A stretch of DNA of 64,000 nt from an uncultured Bacilli bacterium (GCA_934098665.1 CAKOOO010000004.1:22031-86030); one strand, 5' to 3'. Counted from the stretch's first letter, positions 19,570 through 29,030 are shown. Numbers and translations are program-made. Notes: generated by a model not told the origin, from the letters alone.

Positions 19570-21102
19570 ATGGAAAATAAAAAATTTTATATAACAACTC
19601 CAATATATTATCCATCAGATAATTTTCATATTGGACATTGCTATACAACTATTATTGCTGATTCTATAGCAAGATTTAAAAGGTTATCTGGTTATGATAC
19701 ATTTTTCTTAACAGGAACTGATGAACATGGACAAAAAATTGAAAAAAAGGCAAAGGCAGTAGGAGTTACACCTAAAGAGTATGTTGATAAAATCGTAGAA
19801 AATGCAAAAGATTTATGGAAAAGCCTAGGAATTAGTTATGACAAATTTATTAGAACAACAGATGATTATCACGAAGAAACTGTTCAAAAAATATTTAAAA
19901 AATTATATGACCAAGGCGATATTTATAAGGGTGAATACACAGGACTTTATTGTACACCTTGTGAATCATTTTGGACAGAAACTCAACTTGATGAAAATGG
20001 ATTATGTCCCGACTGTCATAGACCAGTTCATGAAGTAAAAGAAGAAGCTTACTTTTTTAAACTATCAAAATATCAAAATAAATTAGAAAAATTTTTAAAT
20101 GATAATCCAGATTTTATTGAACCTATTTCAAGAAAAAATGAAATGATAAATAATTTTATTAAACCTGGACTAACTGATTTATGTGTATCTAGAACCTCTT
20201 TTACATGGGGGATACCAGTTTCATTTGATACTAAACACGTTGTTTATGTATGGATAGATGCATTATCAAATTATATTTCGGCATTAGGTTATTTATCAAA
20301 AGATGATAAATTATTTCAAAAGTATTGGCCTGCAGATCTACATATAGTGGGTAAAGAGATAGTTAGGTTTCATACAATTATTTGGCCAATTATGTTAATG
20401 GCACTTGATTTACCACTACCTAAAAAAGTTTTTGGTCATGGTTGGCTTGTAATAGATGGTGGCAAAATATCAAAAAGTTTAGGTAATTATAAAGACCCAA
20501 GAGAATATATAAATCTATATGGTGTGGATGCCATAAGATATTATGTTCTTCGTGAAGTACCCTTCGGAAGTGATGGTAATTTTTCTGAAGAGGCTTTAAT
20601 AAATCGAACTAATTCAGATTTAGCCAATATTTTAGGAAATCTTGTAAATAGAACAATTAGCATGGTAAATAAATATTTTGAAGGTACAATTGAAAATAAA
20701 TATGTAAAAGAACCTATTGATGAAGATTTAATTAATTATTCATTATCATTAAAGGATAATGTTACGCAAGAGGTTGATAAATTAGATATATCAAATGCAA
20801 TAGATTTAATATTTGATTTATTTAGAAAATGTAATAAATATATAGATGAAGTAACCCCTTGGATACTTGCGAAGGATGAAAGTAAAAAAGAGCGTCTTGA
20901 AACAATCTTATATAATTTATTAGAGTGTATAAGAATTGGAACCGTTTTATTGCAAGCATTTTTACCAACTACATGTGAAAAAATTTTTAAACAAATTAAT
21001 ACGAAAGAAACGACATTTGACAGTATAAATGAATTTGGAAATTATGAATCACCAAATAAAGTTGGGATGGCTCAAGTATTATTTGCAAGGATAGAAAAGT
21101 AA
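19570..21102 (+). CDS. metG: Methionine--tRNA ligase (short form without C-terminal tRNA-binding domain)
   Basis: FYITTPIYYPSDNFHIGH (HIGH motif), zinc knuckles CTPCESF..CPDCHRP, and KISKSLGN (KMSKS motif). Confidence 0.96.
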   Translation: MENKKFYITTPIYYPSDNFHIGHCYTTIIADSIARFKRLSGYDTFFLTGTDEHGQKIEKKAKAVGVTPKEYVDKIVENAKDLWKSLGISYDKFIRTTDDYHEETVQKIFKKLYDQGDIYKGEYTGLYCTPCESFWTETQLDENGLCPDCHRPVHEVKEEAYFFKLSKYQNKLEKFLNDNPDFIEPISRKNEMINNFIKPGLTDLCVSRTSFTWGIPVSFDTKHVVYVWIDALSNYISALGYLSKDDKLFQKYWPADLHIVGKEIVRFHTIIWPIMLMALDLPLPKKVFGHGWLVIDGGKISKSLGNYKDPREYINLYGVDAIRYYVLREVPFGSDGNFSEEALINRTNSDLANILGNLVNRTISMVNKYFEGTIENKYVKEPIDEDLINYSLSLKDNVTQEVDKLDISNAIDLIFDLFRKCNKYIDEVTPWILAKDESKKERLETILYNLLECIRIGTVLLQAFLPTTCEKIFKQINTKETTFDSINEFGNYESPNKVGMAQVLFARIEK

Positions 21103-21851
21103 TGTTTATTGATATACATTGTCATTTATATAAAGAATATTATGATGATATAAATGATGTAATTAATCTTTCTAAAAAAGATGGTATAGCTCTTTTTATA
21201 AATGCTGGCTCTGATATAAAATCAAATAAAGAAATTTTAAATCAAAATATAAATGGACTTTATAAAGTTATAGGATATCATCCTGAGTTTGCTTCATCAA
21301 TAACAATAAATGATTTAGAATTATTAGAAAATCAGATAATTAATAATCATATTGTTGGTATAGGTGAAATAGGACTTGATTATCATTATGAAGACTATGA
21401 TAAAGAAAAACAAATAAATTTATTTGAGTATCAGCTATACCTTGCACAAAAATATAGCTTACCTGTGGTTATTCATTCAAGGCAGGCGACCTCAGATACT
21501 ATTAACATATTAAAAAAATATTTAGTTAAAGGTGTTATTCATTCATTTTCTGGTAGTATAGAAAGTGCTAAAGAATATATTAAAATGGGTTTTTTGTTAG
21601 GGGTAAATGGAGTTATTACTTTTAAAAATTGTAAATTAATCGAAGTATATAAAAGTCTAGGTGTAGATAATATTGTTTTTGAAACAGATAGTCCATATCT
21701 TACTCCTGTTCCTTTAAGAGGTAAACAAAATTATCCCGGTAATATAAAATATGTAGCAAACTTTATTTCAGAAAATTTAAATATTTCTTTAAATAAGCTT
21801 TCTGATATTACAAATGAAAATGTAAAAAAATGTTTTAAAATAAGTATATGA
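21102..21851 (+). CDS. tatD: TatD-family metal-dependent deoxyribonuclease/hydrolase (YabD)
   Basis: FIDIHCHL, GEIGLDYH, PVVIHSR, GVIHSFSG, and ETDSPYL. Follows metG as in Bacillus. Confidence 0.9.
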   Translation: MFIDIHCHLYKEYYDDINDVINLSKKDGIALFINAGSDIKSNKEILNQNINGLYKVIGYHPEFASSITINDLELLENQIINNHIVGIGEIGLDYHYEDYDKEKQINLFEYQLYLAQKYSLPVVIHSRQATSDTINILKKYLVKGVIHSFSGSIESAKEYIKMGFLLGVNGVITFKNCKLIEVYKSLGVDNIVFETDSPYLTPVPLRGKQNYPGNIKYVANFISENLNISLNKLSDITNENVKKCFKISI

Positions 21852-21904
21852 TAAAATTCATGTACTTTTTTTTCAACTCATGTTATAATGTTCATGAGGA
21901 TAAG

Positions 21905-22441
21905 ATGAAAAAAGTATTAAAATCACTAAAAATCATATTATTAGTTATGGCAATATTTGTATCATTTACAAATAGTTTTAGGTATGAAGCAAAAGTTCAT
22001 AATAATAATCCTAATAAAACTGTTGATGAAATTGCTATGGCTTTAAAAATTAATGAATTTGATTATGACTCACTTTATAGTGCTAAAGATACATATAATG
22101 GAGATATAACTGGTTATGTATATAATTGTCCACTTTGTAATGGAACACTAGCTTGTTTAAGTAATTATAATATAAAAGATGGAACTAATACTTATGATGA
22201 TGTTCAGTATGGAAAAGTAAATATTGTTGCTTCGAGTGCTAATTTACCATGTGGATCAATAGTAAGATTTGAGGCACCAAGAATTTCTAATGAAACGATA
22301 TATGCAATAGTTTTAGATCGAGGCGTGCCAGGTAATGATTTAGATTTTTTAGCTCCAGATTATGATTATGCCATTAGCAATGTTGGTAGATTTAATACAT
22401 CATATGATGTTTTAAGAAGTGGATGGGCTGATGCAAGCTAA
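21905..22441 (+). CDS. Secreted 3D-domain protein (YabE-like C-terminal domain)
   Basis: N-terminal signal/TM KSLKIILLVMAIFVSF. C-terminal block ..VASSANLPCGSIVRFE...IYAIVLDRG...DLDFL is typical of 3D (Asp-rich) domains. Start set at ATG 21905 after GAGGA (21896-21900); an extended -10 TGTTATAAT ends at 21889. Confidence 0.5.
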   Translation: MKKVLKSLKIILLVMAIFVSFTNSFRYEAKVHNNNPNKTVDEIAMALKINEFDYDSLYSAKDTYNGDITGYVYNCPLCNGTLACLSNYNIKDGTNTYDDVQYGKVNIVASSANLPCGSIVRFEAPRISNETIYAIVLDRGVPGNDLDFLAPDYDYAISNVGRFNTSYDVLRSGWADAS

Positions 22442-23198
22442 AAAAAAATATGGTCAAAATTTTTTAATAAATCAAAATATAATAAATGAAATCACAAATC
22501 TAATTAACCCAAATGAAAATGATTTATTAATTGAAATTGGTCCGGGACAAGGGGCGTTAACAAAGTATCTTGCACAAAAAAAATCAAAACTTATATGTAT
22601 TGAAATTGATAAAGATATGCATGCATATTTAGATAAATTTGAAAATGAAAACTGTCATATCATATATGATGATATTTTAAGTACTAATTTAAAAGATATA
22701 ACTATAAATTTTGATAAAATATTTGTAATTGGAAATTTACCTTATTATATAACTAGCCCAATTATTGAATATTTAATAAATAATCTAAAAGCTGAAAAAA
22801 TGATATTTATGGTGCAAAAAGAAGTAGCAAATCGCTATTGTGCTGAAATTAATACTAAAGATTATGGCTATTTTACGTTATATCTTCGTTATTTTTATAA
22901 TGTTAAAAAAGAGATATTTGTTTCAAAAGATAATTTTAGACCTATACCTAAAGTTGATAGTATGGTTATTTCACTTACTAAAAGAAATGATACTCCGTCT
23001 GTTTCAAAAGAACTTTATTTTAATTTTTTGAAAGAAGCATTTTCTCATAAAAGAAAAACTTTAAAAAATAATATTAAGTCTTATGATTTTAATAAAGTAA
23101 AAGAAGTGTTAAATAAATATAATTTAAGTGATAATGTTAGAGCGGAAAATATAAAAGAAAATGTATATGTAGATATAGTAAATAATTTAGACAATTAG
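22419..23198 (+). CDS. rsmA: 16S rRNA (adenine1518/1519-N6)-dimethyltransferase RsmA/KsgA
   Basis: KKKYGQNFLINQNII, EIGPGQGALT, and GNLPYYITSPII. In-frame ATG 22431 is an alternative start. Confidence 0.93.
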   Translation: MDGLMQAKKKYGQNFLINQNIINEITNLINPNENDLLIEIGPGQGALTKYLAQKKSKLICIEIDKDMHAYLDKFENENCHIIYDDILSTNLKDITINFDKIFVIGNLPYYITSPIIEYLINNLKAEKMIFMVQKEVANRYCAEINTKDYGYFTLYLRYFYNVKKEIFVSKDNFRPIPKVDSMVISLTKRNDTPSVSKELYFNFLKEAFSHKRKTLKNNIKSYDFNKVKEVLNKYNLSDNVRAENIKENVYVDIVNNLDN

Positions 23199-23210
23199 TC
23201 TAATTTTTTT
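23187..23210 (+). terminator. Weak rho-independent terminator at the rsmA stop
   Basis: Stem TTAGAC (23187-23192) pairs with GTCTAA (23198-23203), followed by seven T (23204-23210). The stem is short and AT-rich. Confidence 0.4.
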
Positions 23211-23211
23211 C

Positions 23212-23240
23212 TTGTTAATAAATACTTTTTACGCTATAAT
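23212..23240 (+). promoter_or_regulatory. Sigma-A-type promoter of the SDR/PLP-enzyme/amidoligase cassette
   Basis: TTGTTA at 23212-23217, a 17-nt spacer, then TATAAT at 23235-23240. Confidence 0.5.
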
Positions 23241-23265
23241 AGTTTTGATTGAAAGGGATATTAAT

Positions 23266-23991
23266 ATGAGAAAAGTTGCTCTTGTCACGGGTTCAAATAC
23301 TGGAATAGGTAAAGAAACAATAATTTTATTTGCAAAAAATAACTATGATGTTATTATAACTTATTATAAGTCAATAGATGAAGCAAATAAGTTAAAACAA
23401 GATATTATAAATAATTATAATGTAAAATGTGAAACTATTAAATGTGATATTTCAAATGAAGAAGATGTAAAAAATTTATATAATTTTGTTTTAAATAAAT
23501 TTAAAAAACTTGATGTTTTAGTAAATAATGCTGCTGTAAGTGATGATATGATATTAGAATTTAAAAAAATAATCGAATTTAAAAAAGTAATTGATGTTAA
23601 TTTAACAGGTACTTTTATGGTTACAAAATATTTATATAAATTGATAAATAAGGGATGTATTATTAATGTTGGTTCGACTAATGGAATAGATACATATTAT
23701 CCTGAAAGTATTGATTATGATGCCTCTAAAGCTGGTATAATTTCTCTTACTCATAATTTTGCTACGATGTTTTCCCCAAAAATTCGTGTAAATGCAGTAT
23801 GTCCTGGATGGGTGGAAACTAGACAAAATAAAAATCTTACAGTTAAACAAATAAATATACTTAAAAAAAATATATTATTAAAAAGGTTTGCCCAACCACA
23901 GGAAATTGCCAAAGTAATTTATTTTATTGCAAATGATGCAACCTACATTAATAATTCAATTATTAGAGTAGATGGAGGTAGTAAATGTTAA
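23266..23991 (+). CDS. Short-chain dehydrogenase/reductase (classical SDR, FabG-like)
   Basis: TGSNTGIGK cofactor motif, NNAA, and the catalytic S...YDASK tetrad region. Start ATG 23266 (MRKVALVTG); the ORF-track TTG 23212 coincides with the promoter. Confidence 0.85.
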   Translation: MRKVALVTGSNTGIGKETIILFAKNNYDVIITYYKSIDEANKLKQDIINNYNVKCETIKCDISNEEDVKNLYNFVLNKFKKLDVLVNNAAVSDDMILEFKKIIEFKKVIDVNLTGTFMVTKYLYKLINKGCIINVGSTNGIDTYYPESIDYDASKAGIISLTHNFATMFSPKIRVNAVCPGWVETRQNKNLTVKQINILKKNILLKRFAQPQEIAKVIYFIANDATYINNSIIRVDGGSKC

Positions 23992-25232
23992 ATAATAATG
24001 TTATAAAAAAGATAGATGAAAAAATAAAACCTTATTTAGATATGGTAGATAATATTTCTTATCTAAATTCACAAAAAATACTTAATTCTTTTTTGAAAGA
24101 AAAAGTTTCTATTAATGATTTTAATTCTACTACAGGATATGGCTATTCAGATGAAGGCCGTGATAAAATTGAAAGAATATATGCAGATATTTTTCATGCA
24201 CAAGATGCTCTTGTAAGAAATCAATTTATATCAGGTTCTCATGCTTTAACGGTGTGTTTATTTGCACTTTTAAGACCTAATGATACATTATTAAGTATTA
24301 CTGGAAAGCCTTATGATACTTTAGATGAAGTTATTGGCATAAAGAAAAATTCAAGTTCCTTAAAATCATATAATATAAATTATGAACAAGTGGATTTGGT
24401 TAATAATGATTTTGATTATGAAAAAATTGAAAATTTAATTACTAAAAGATTTTATAAAGTAATTGAAATTCAACGTTCAAAAGGATATTCATTAAGAGAA
24501 AGTCTGTCAATAGAAAAATTAGAAGAAGTAATTAAAATGATAAAATTTAAATCCCCGGAAACAATTGTTATGGTAGATAATTGTTATTGTGAACTTGTTT
24601 CTTTAAAAGAACCAACTGATGTTGGTGCAGATATCTGTGTTGGATCTTTAATTAAAAATCTAGGTGGTGGTATAGCTCAAAATGGTGGCTATATTGTTGG
24701 TAAAAAAGATTTAGTTCATCTTGCATCAGAAAGATTAAATTTACCCGGAGAAGCTAAAGAGGTTGGCCCAAGTTTAAATGCTAATAAAAGTATTTTACAA
24801 GGTTTATATATGTCCGTAAATGCTGTATCTTCATCATTAAAAACAGCTATTTTTACTAGCGCAATATTTGATTATTTAGGATATAATGTTAGTCCAAAAT
24901 ATAATGAAGATAGAGTGGATATTGTTCAAAATATTTATTTTAATAACGAAGAAGATATGACAAATTATGCTATAGGAATTCAAAAATATTCACCAATAGA
25001 TTCCATGTATGCACCAGAAAAAACTAATATGCCTGGTTATAGTAATAAAATAATTATGGCAAGTGGTTCATTTACTCAAGGCTCCTCAATTGAGTTATCT
25101 TGTGATGGACCAATTAAACCACCTTATGTAATTTTTCAGCAAGGTTCACTTACTTATGATTATGGAAAAATTACTGTTATAAACGCGATAAATTATTATT
25201 TAGCAAGAAAAAATAATTATGAAAAAAATTAA
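23985..25232 (+). CDS. YnbB-family PLP-dependent enzyme (methionine gamma-lyase-like / 'aluminium resistance' family)
   Basis: Collinear with B. subtilis YnbB: TTGYGYSDEGRDKIERIYADIF, ITGKPYDTLDEVIG, IQRSKGYS, VDNCYCE, GADICVGSLIKNLGGG (PLP Lys region), and MPGYSNKIIMASGSFTQGSSIELSCDGPIKPPY. Overlaps the SDR gene by 7 nt. Confidence 0.85.
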   Translation: MLNNNVIKKIDEKIKPYLDMVDNISYLNSQKILNSFLKEKVSINDFNSTTGYGYSDEGRDKIERIYADIFHAQDALVRNQFISGSHALTVCLFALLRPNDTLLSITGKPYDTLDEVIGIKKNSSSLKSYNINYEQVDLVNNDFDYEKIENLITKRFYKVIEIQRSKGYSLRESLSIEKLEEVIKMIKFKSPETIVMVDNCYCELVSLKEPTDVGADICVGSLIKNLGGGIAQNGGYIVGKKDLVHLASERLNLPGEAKEVGPSLNANKSILQGLYMSVNAVSSSLKTAIFTSAIFDYLGYNVSPKYNEDRVDIVQNIYFNNEEDMTNYAIGIQKYSPIDSMYAPEKTNMPGYSNKIIMASGSFTQGSSIELSCDGPIKPPYVIFQQGSLTYDYGKITVINAINYYLARKNNYEKN

Positions 25233-26676
25233 AATGACTGATATTCAAAAAGTAAAAAACATTTTAGAAAATAAATTAAATATTAATGAATTTATTTCTA
25301 TTTTTAATTCAATAAACAATGAAAATTATAAGTATGAGATATTGTTCAAAGTATATAAAAATATATCTTTAAACTGTTTAAAGATTTTATTAAATAATAT
25401 AAATTCGGATAAAATTAAAACAAAATTTTTATTAAATTATTATAATAATAAAAGCATAACATCTTCATATTATGATGAAAACTTTATAAACATTATTTGT
25501 TGTAATATAAAAAGTGATGTATATAAAATAATGCTAATTTCAAAAATAAATTTTAAATTATATGAGATAGTTAAAATACTTTTTAGTTTACATAATAAAA
25601 AATTAATAATACCATTTTGTGAAGATAAAAAATATGAACAAATTAAAAAAGAACTAATTATATTAACTGAAGATTATTCATATATTGAAAATTATTTTAA
25701 TTCACTAAAAAAACTTGATGAAAAATTAGCATTTATTAATACTGTTAAAAATCCCAATATAAAATCTGTACTTATAAATAAAATAAAAAATAAATCTTAT
25801 AGAAATTTTTTAAATATGAGTTATGAAGATACTAGTTTTTTAATAAATGATACTTTAGTAGATAAAAATATAACTTTTGGCGTTGAATTTGAATTATTAA
25901 ATAAAAATAAAAAATATTTTAATATGCTTACGGAGATATTTGATAATTTTTTATTTACTTATGATGACTCTATAAAAAATGGTTTTGAAATAGTTTCACC
26001 GGTAATGAAATACTGTAAAAATGATATGCAAAGATTATTTATTATATGTAATTCATTTAAAAAAAATGGGTTTTATACAAATAAATTATGTGGTGGTCAT
26101 ATTCATATAGGCGCGGATTATTTAAATAGCGTTGATGATTATAATAACTTATTAATGCTATATTGTAATATTGAAAATATTTTATATGCAATTACAAATA
26201 AAAGTAATATGTGTGTTAGAAAAGGCTATGTTAATTATGCAAAACCTATTTATAATAAAATTGTTACAAATCAAGAAATAATTTTTAGAAGTGAAAATAT
26301 AAAAGAATATATTCATAATTTAAAAAATGTATTAGGAACTAGATTTACAAGTATTAATTTTCAAAATATAGGTACTAAAAATAAAAATACTATAGAATTA
26401 CGCATGCCAAATGGTGAAATAGAATATAACGATTTACATGCAAATATTGTTTTATTTTCTAAAATTATTGAGGTTTCTCACAAATTAAATTGTGATGATT
26501 TTTTTAAAAAAGATTATTTTTATTTATTGTTAAATGCTACAGATAACGATCAAAAATTTTATTATTTAATGCATCTTTTATTTGATGATTTTAACGATAT
26601 GAAAATATATATTGATAGATATTATACAAACTTCAAGGATAAAAATGTTTATAATCTAATATTAAAAAAATCATAA
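25219..26676 (+). CDS. Putative amidoligase (Amidoligase_2 / glutamine-synthetase-like fold) with an uncharacterised approximately 215-aa N-terminal region
   Basis: C-terminal half carries the ordered family motifs GVEFE (res. 221-225), GFEIVSPV, CGGHIHIG, and NTIELRMPNGE. The N-terminal half is a K/N/I-rich helical region with no motif I recognise. Overlaps the upstream gene by 14 nt. Confidence 0.65.
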   Translation: MKKIKMTDIQKVKNILENKLNINEFISIFNSINNENYKYEILFKVYKNISLNCLKILLNNINSDKIKTKFLLNYYNNKSITSSYYDENFINIICCNIKSDVYKIMLISKINFKLYEIVKILFSLHNKKLIIPFCEDKKYEQIKKELIILTEDYSYIENYFNSLKKLDEKLAFINTVKNPNIKSVLINKIKNKSYRNFLNMSYEDTSFLINDTLVDKNITFGVEFELLNKNKKYFNMLTEIFDNFLFTYDDSIKNGFEIVSPVMKYCKNDMQRLFIICNSFKKNGFYTNKLCGGHIHIGADYLNSVDDYNNLLMLYCNIENILYAITNKSNMCVRKGYVNYAKPIYNKIVTNQEIIFRSENIKEYIHNLKNVLGTRFTSINFQNIGTKNKNTIELRMPNGEIEYNDLHANIVLFSKIIEVSHKLNCDDFFKKDYFYLLLNATDNDQKFYYLMHLLFDDFNDMKIYIDRYYTNFKDKNVYNLILKKS

Positions 26677-26714
26677 TTTATATGTTTTTAGCATATTTTT
26701 AATTGGTGATATAT

Positions 26715-27479
26715 TTGAATATACAGGTTGGAGATTTAGTAACTAGGAAAAGTTATAACAATGATATTGTATTTAAAGTATTATCAATTACAGAATCTAC
26801 TGTTTATTTAAAAGGCGAGTTTGATAGACTCCTTGCGGATAGTGATATTTCTGATTTAGTAAAATGTGATAATGCAAAAGATAATTTTAAGGTAAATTTA
26901 AATCTAAATGAAGATAGAAGCAATTATTTTTATTTACCTGGAAAAATACTTCATATTGATGGTGATGTCGAATATCTAGAAAGATGTTTAAAATTTTATA
27001 AAGAAAATAAGATATATGCTATAGGTAAAAAAATAAAAGAAGAAGATATCTGCAAACAATTAAAAACACTACTTGTAGAATTTAAACCGGATATTTTGAT
27101 TATAACTGGACATGATGCGTATCACTCAAAAAATAGTGATAAAAATAATATGAATAATTATAAAAATTCAAATAATTTTGTTAAAGCGGTAAAGGTTGCA
27201 AGAAATTATGAAAAAAGTCATGAAAAACTAGTTATAATCGCAGGTGCTTGTCAGAGTAATTATGAAGCTTTAATAAAGGCGGGAGCAAACTTTGCCTCAA
27301 GTCCTAAAAGAGTCAATATTCATGCATTAGACCCCGCAATAATTGCAAGCAGTATAGCGCTTACTCAAACAAGTCAAGAAGTCGATGTTGTTGATTTATT
27401 AAATAAAACAAAGTATGGTTCAAATGGTATGGGTGGAATTATTACATCTGGTCTTATGTATGTGGGGTACCCTAGATGA
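26715..27479 (+). CDS. yabG: Sporulation-specific protease YabG
   Basis: NIQVGDLVTRKSY matches B. subtilis QFQIGDMVARKSY. Also LPGKILHIDGD, PDILIITGHDAY, LVIIAGACQSNYEALIKAGANFASSPKRVNIHALDP. The start is TTG 26715 or TTG 26703. Confidence 0.9.
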   Translation: MNIQVGDLVTRKSYNNDIVFKVLSITESTVYLKGEFDRLLADSDISDLVKCDNAKDNFKVNLNLNEDRSNYFYLPGKILHIDGDVEYLERCLKFYKENKIYAIGKKIKEEDICKQLKTLLVEFKPDILIITGHDAYHSKNSDKNNMNNYKNSNNFVKAVKVARNYEKSHEKLVIIAGACQSNYEALIKAGANFASSPKRVNIHALDPAIIASSIALTQTSQEVDVVDLLNKTKYGSNGMGGIITSGLMYVGYPR

Positions 27480-27688
27480 ATATAGAATTTGTTAAAGAGG
27501 ATTTTAAAAATAAAATAAACAAAAAGGTTAGAGTAACAGTATATGGTTTAAGAAATAAAATTAACTATTATGAAGGCATAATTAATAATGTTTATCCAAA
27601 TATTTTTACAATTAAATCTGATGATAAAGAGTTAAGCTTTGCATATCGAGATATAATAACTAAAGATATTACAATAAAGTTTTTATGA
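27476..27688 (+). CDS. veg: Veg protein (biofilm/sporulation-associated small DNA-binding protein)
   Basis: 70 aa. ..YEGIINNVYPNIFTIK....LSFAYRDIITKDITIKF parallels B. subtilis Veg ..SGILAETYPSVFVIQ...VSYSYADILTETVELTF. ATGA overlap with yabG. Confidence 0.85.
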   Translation: MNIEFVKEDFKNKINKKVRVTVYGLRNKINYYEGIINNVYPNIFTIKSDDKELSFAYRDIITKDITIKFL

Positions 27689-27774
27689 CAAAAGTTGACA
27701 TTTTCCTCTTGAAATTTATTTTTTTATAAGGTACAATTAAATTGTGAATATAGTATGGTAAAGGAGGCTGAATT

Positions 27775-28041
27775 ATGGAAATCACATCAGTTAAAGTTCA
27801 CAAAACTGAAAGAGAAGGATCTAGAATGAAAGGATACGCAGCAGTAACATTAGATGATTGTTTTGTTGTAAGAAATATTCGTATCATTGAAGGCGATGAA
27901 AAATTATTTATTGCTATGCCTAGTAAAAAGGTAAACGATGAACGTTATGAAGATATATGTCATCCTATCAATGCAGAAACAAGAAAAATGTTTGAAGACA
28001 AAATTCTTGAAGAATATAACAATCCTTCAAGTGAAGAATAG
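27775..28041 (+). CDS. spoVG: Septation/sporulation regulator SpoVG
   Basis: MEITSVKVHK......KGYAAVTLDDCFVVRNIRIIEG..KLFIAMPS...N....DICHPIN.ETR. RBS AAGGAGG. Confidence 0.95.
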   Translation: MEITSVKVHKTEREGSRMKGYAAVTLDDCFVVRNIRIIEGDEKLFIAMPSKKVNDERYEDICHPINAETRKMFEDKILEEYNNPSSEE

Positions 28042-28047
28042 AATATA

Positions 28048-28070
28048 AAGGCAGATTTTGCCTTTTTTCT
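28048..28070 (+). terminator. Rho-independent terminator after spoVG
   Basis: Stem AAGGCA (28048-28053) pairs with TGCCTT (28059-28064), running into a T-run through 28068. Confidence 0.6.
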
Positions 28071-28115
28071 TATTCTTTTTTTTTGCCATAATCATATATT
28101 TTAATGGAGGCAAAA

Positions 28116-28397
28116 ATGAATGATAAAATAATAAATAATAATCATGAAGTTAAAATGATCGATCGTAATATTCTTTCTATAACAGGTATTAAAAAAATAA
28201 TTAATTTTGATAATAGAGAGTTTTTAATTGAAAGTATTATGGGACTTATTAATATAAAAGGAAGTAATATGGAACTTATAACTTTAGATACTACAAACGG
28301 AATAATAAAAATTAAAGGTAAAATAAATAGTTATGTATATATTGAAAAAACTAATAAATCAAAAGAGGAAGGACTTTTAAGTAAACTTTTTAAATGA
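28116..28397 (+). CDS. yabP: Sporulation protein YabP
   Basis: HEVKMIDRNILSITGIKKIINFDNREFLIES..G.INIKGSNMELITLD is typical of YabP. Start ATG 28116 after GGAGG (28106-28110). Confidence 0.85.
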   Translation: MNDKIINNNHEVKMIDRNILSITGIKKIINFDNREFLIESIMGLINIKGSNMELITLDTTNGIIKIKGKINSYVYIEKTNKSKEEGLLSKLFK

Positions 28398-28702
28398 GTT
28401 CATATCAAACATTATTTGTTTTAATTATAAATATTTTTTTTGGAATAATTTACTTTTTTGTTTCTAAATTTTTTTATAAATTATTTCTTAATTTAGATAA
28501 ATTAATTAAATACATTTTAACAATAATATTTTCATTTGATTTAGCAATATTATATATTTTATATATGTATAAAATTAACTATGGGATATTTCATTTTTAT
28601 TATTTAGTTTGTTTTTTATTAGGTTATATAATTAGTTATGCATTTATAAATAAATATGTAAAAAAGTGTAAAATTTATTTAATAAATCATTTTAAGTCTT
28701 GA
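28394..28702 (+). CDS. yabQ: Spore cortex biosynthesis membrane protein YabQ
   Basis: 102-aa polytopic membrane protein overlapping yabP by 4 nt. Conserved yabP-yabQ-divIC order. Confidence 0.7.
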   Translation: MSSYQTLFVLIINIFFGIIYFFVSKFFYKLFLNLDKLIKYILTIIFSFDLAILYILYMYKINYGIFHFYYLVCFLLGYIISYAFINKYVKKCKIYLINHFKS

Positions 28703-28745
28703 CATATTTTATTTTTTAAACTATATATTAAATGAAGGTATAGAT

Positions 28746-29030
28746 ATGAGGACTAAAAAGGAAAAGAAAAGACTTGTTTTTATTTCATTTACTATTATTT
28801 GCTTAATAGTTCTTTTGGTTGTAAGTGTTTATAAAGATTTTTTAACGATTATTAAAAATAAAAATAAAACTTATAAACTTACCGCTAAATATGAACAGTT
28901 ATTAGATGAAAAAAAATCTTTGACATCTGAAGTCACTAAGATGAAAGATCCCGATTATTTAGCTAGATATGCCAAAGAAAAATTTTTATATTCAAAAGAT
29001 GATGAAGTTATAATTCGCATTGAAGATTAG
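28746..29030 (+). CDS. divIC: Septum formation initiator DivIC/FtsB family
   Basis: N-terminal TM followed by a coiled coil, and C-terminal DPDYLARYAKEKFLYSKDDEVI characteristic of the family. Confidence 0.85.
   Translation: MRTKKEKKRLVFISFTIICLIVLLVVSVYKDFLTIIKNKNKTYKLTAKYEQLLDEKKSLTSEVTKMKDPDYLARYAKEKFLYSKDDEVIIRIED

Noticed and set aside
27695-27760. Sigma-H-type promoter and a 13-bp palindrome (ACAATTAAATTGT, 27733-27745) upstream of spoVG.
   Set aside because: The AGGT..GAAT elements are about 13 nt apart, versus about 17 nt in the B. subtilis spoVG sigma-H promoter as I recall it. The TTGACA at 27695 has no -10 at proper spacing. Short A/T palindromes are expected by chance at this base composition.
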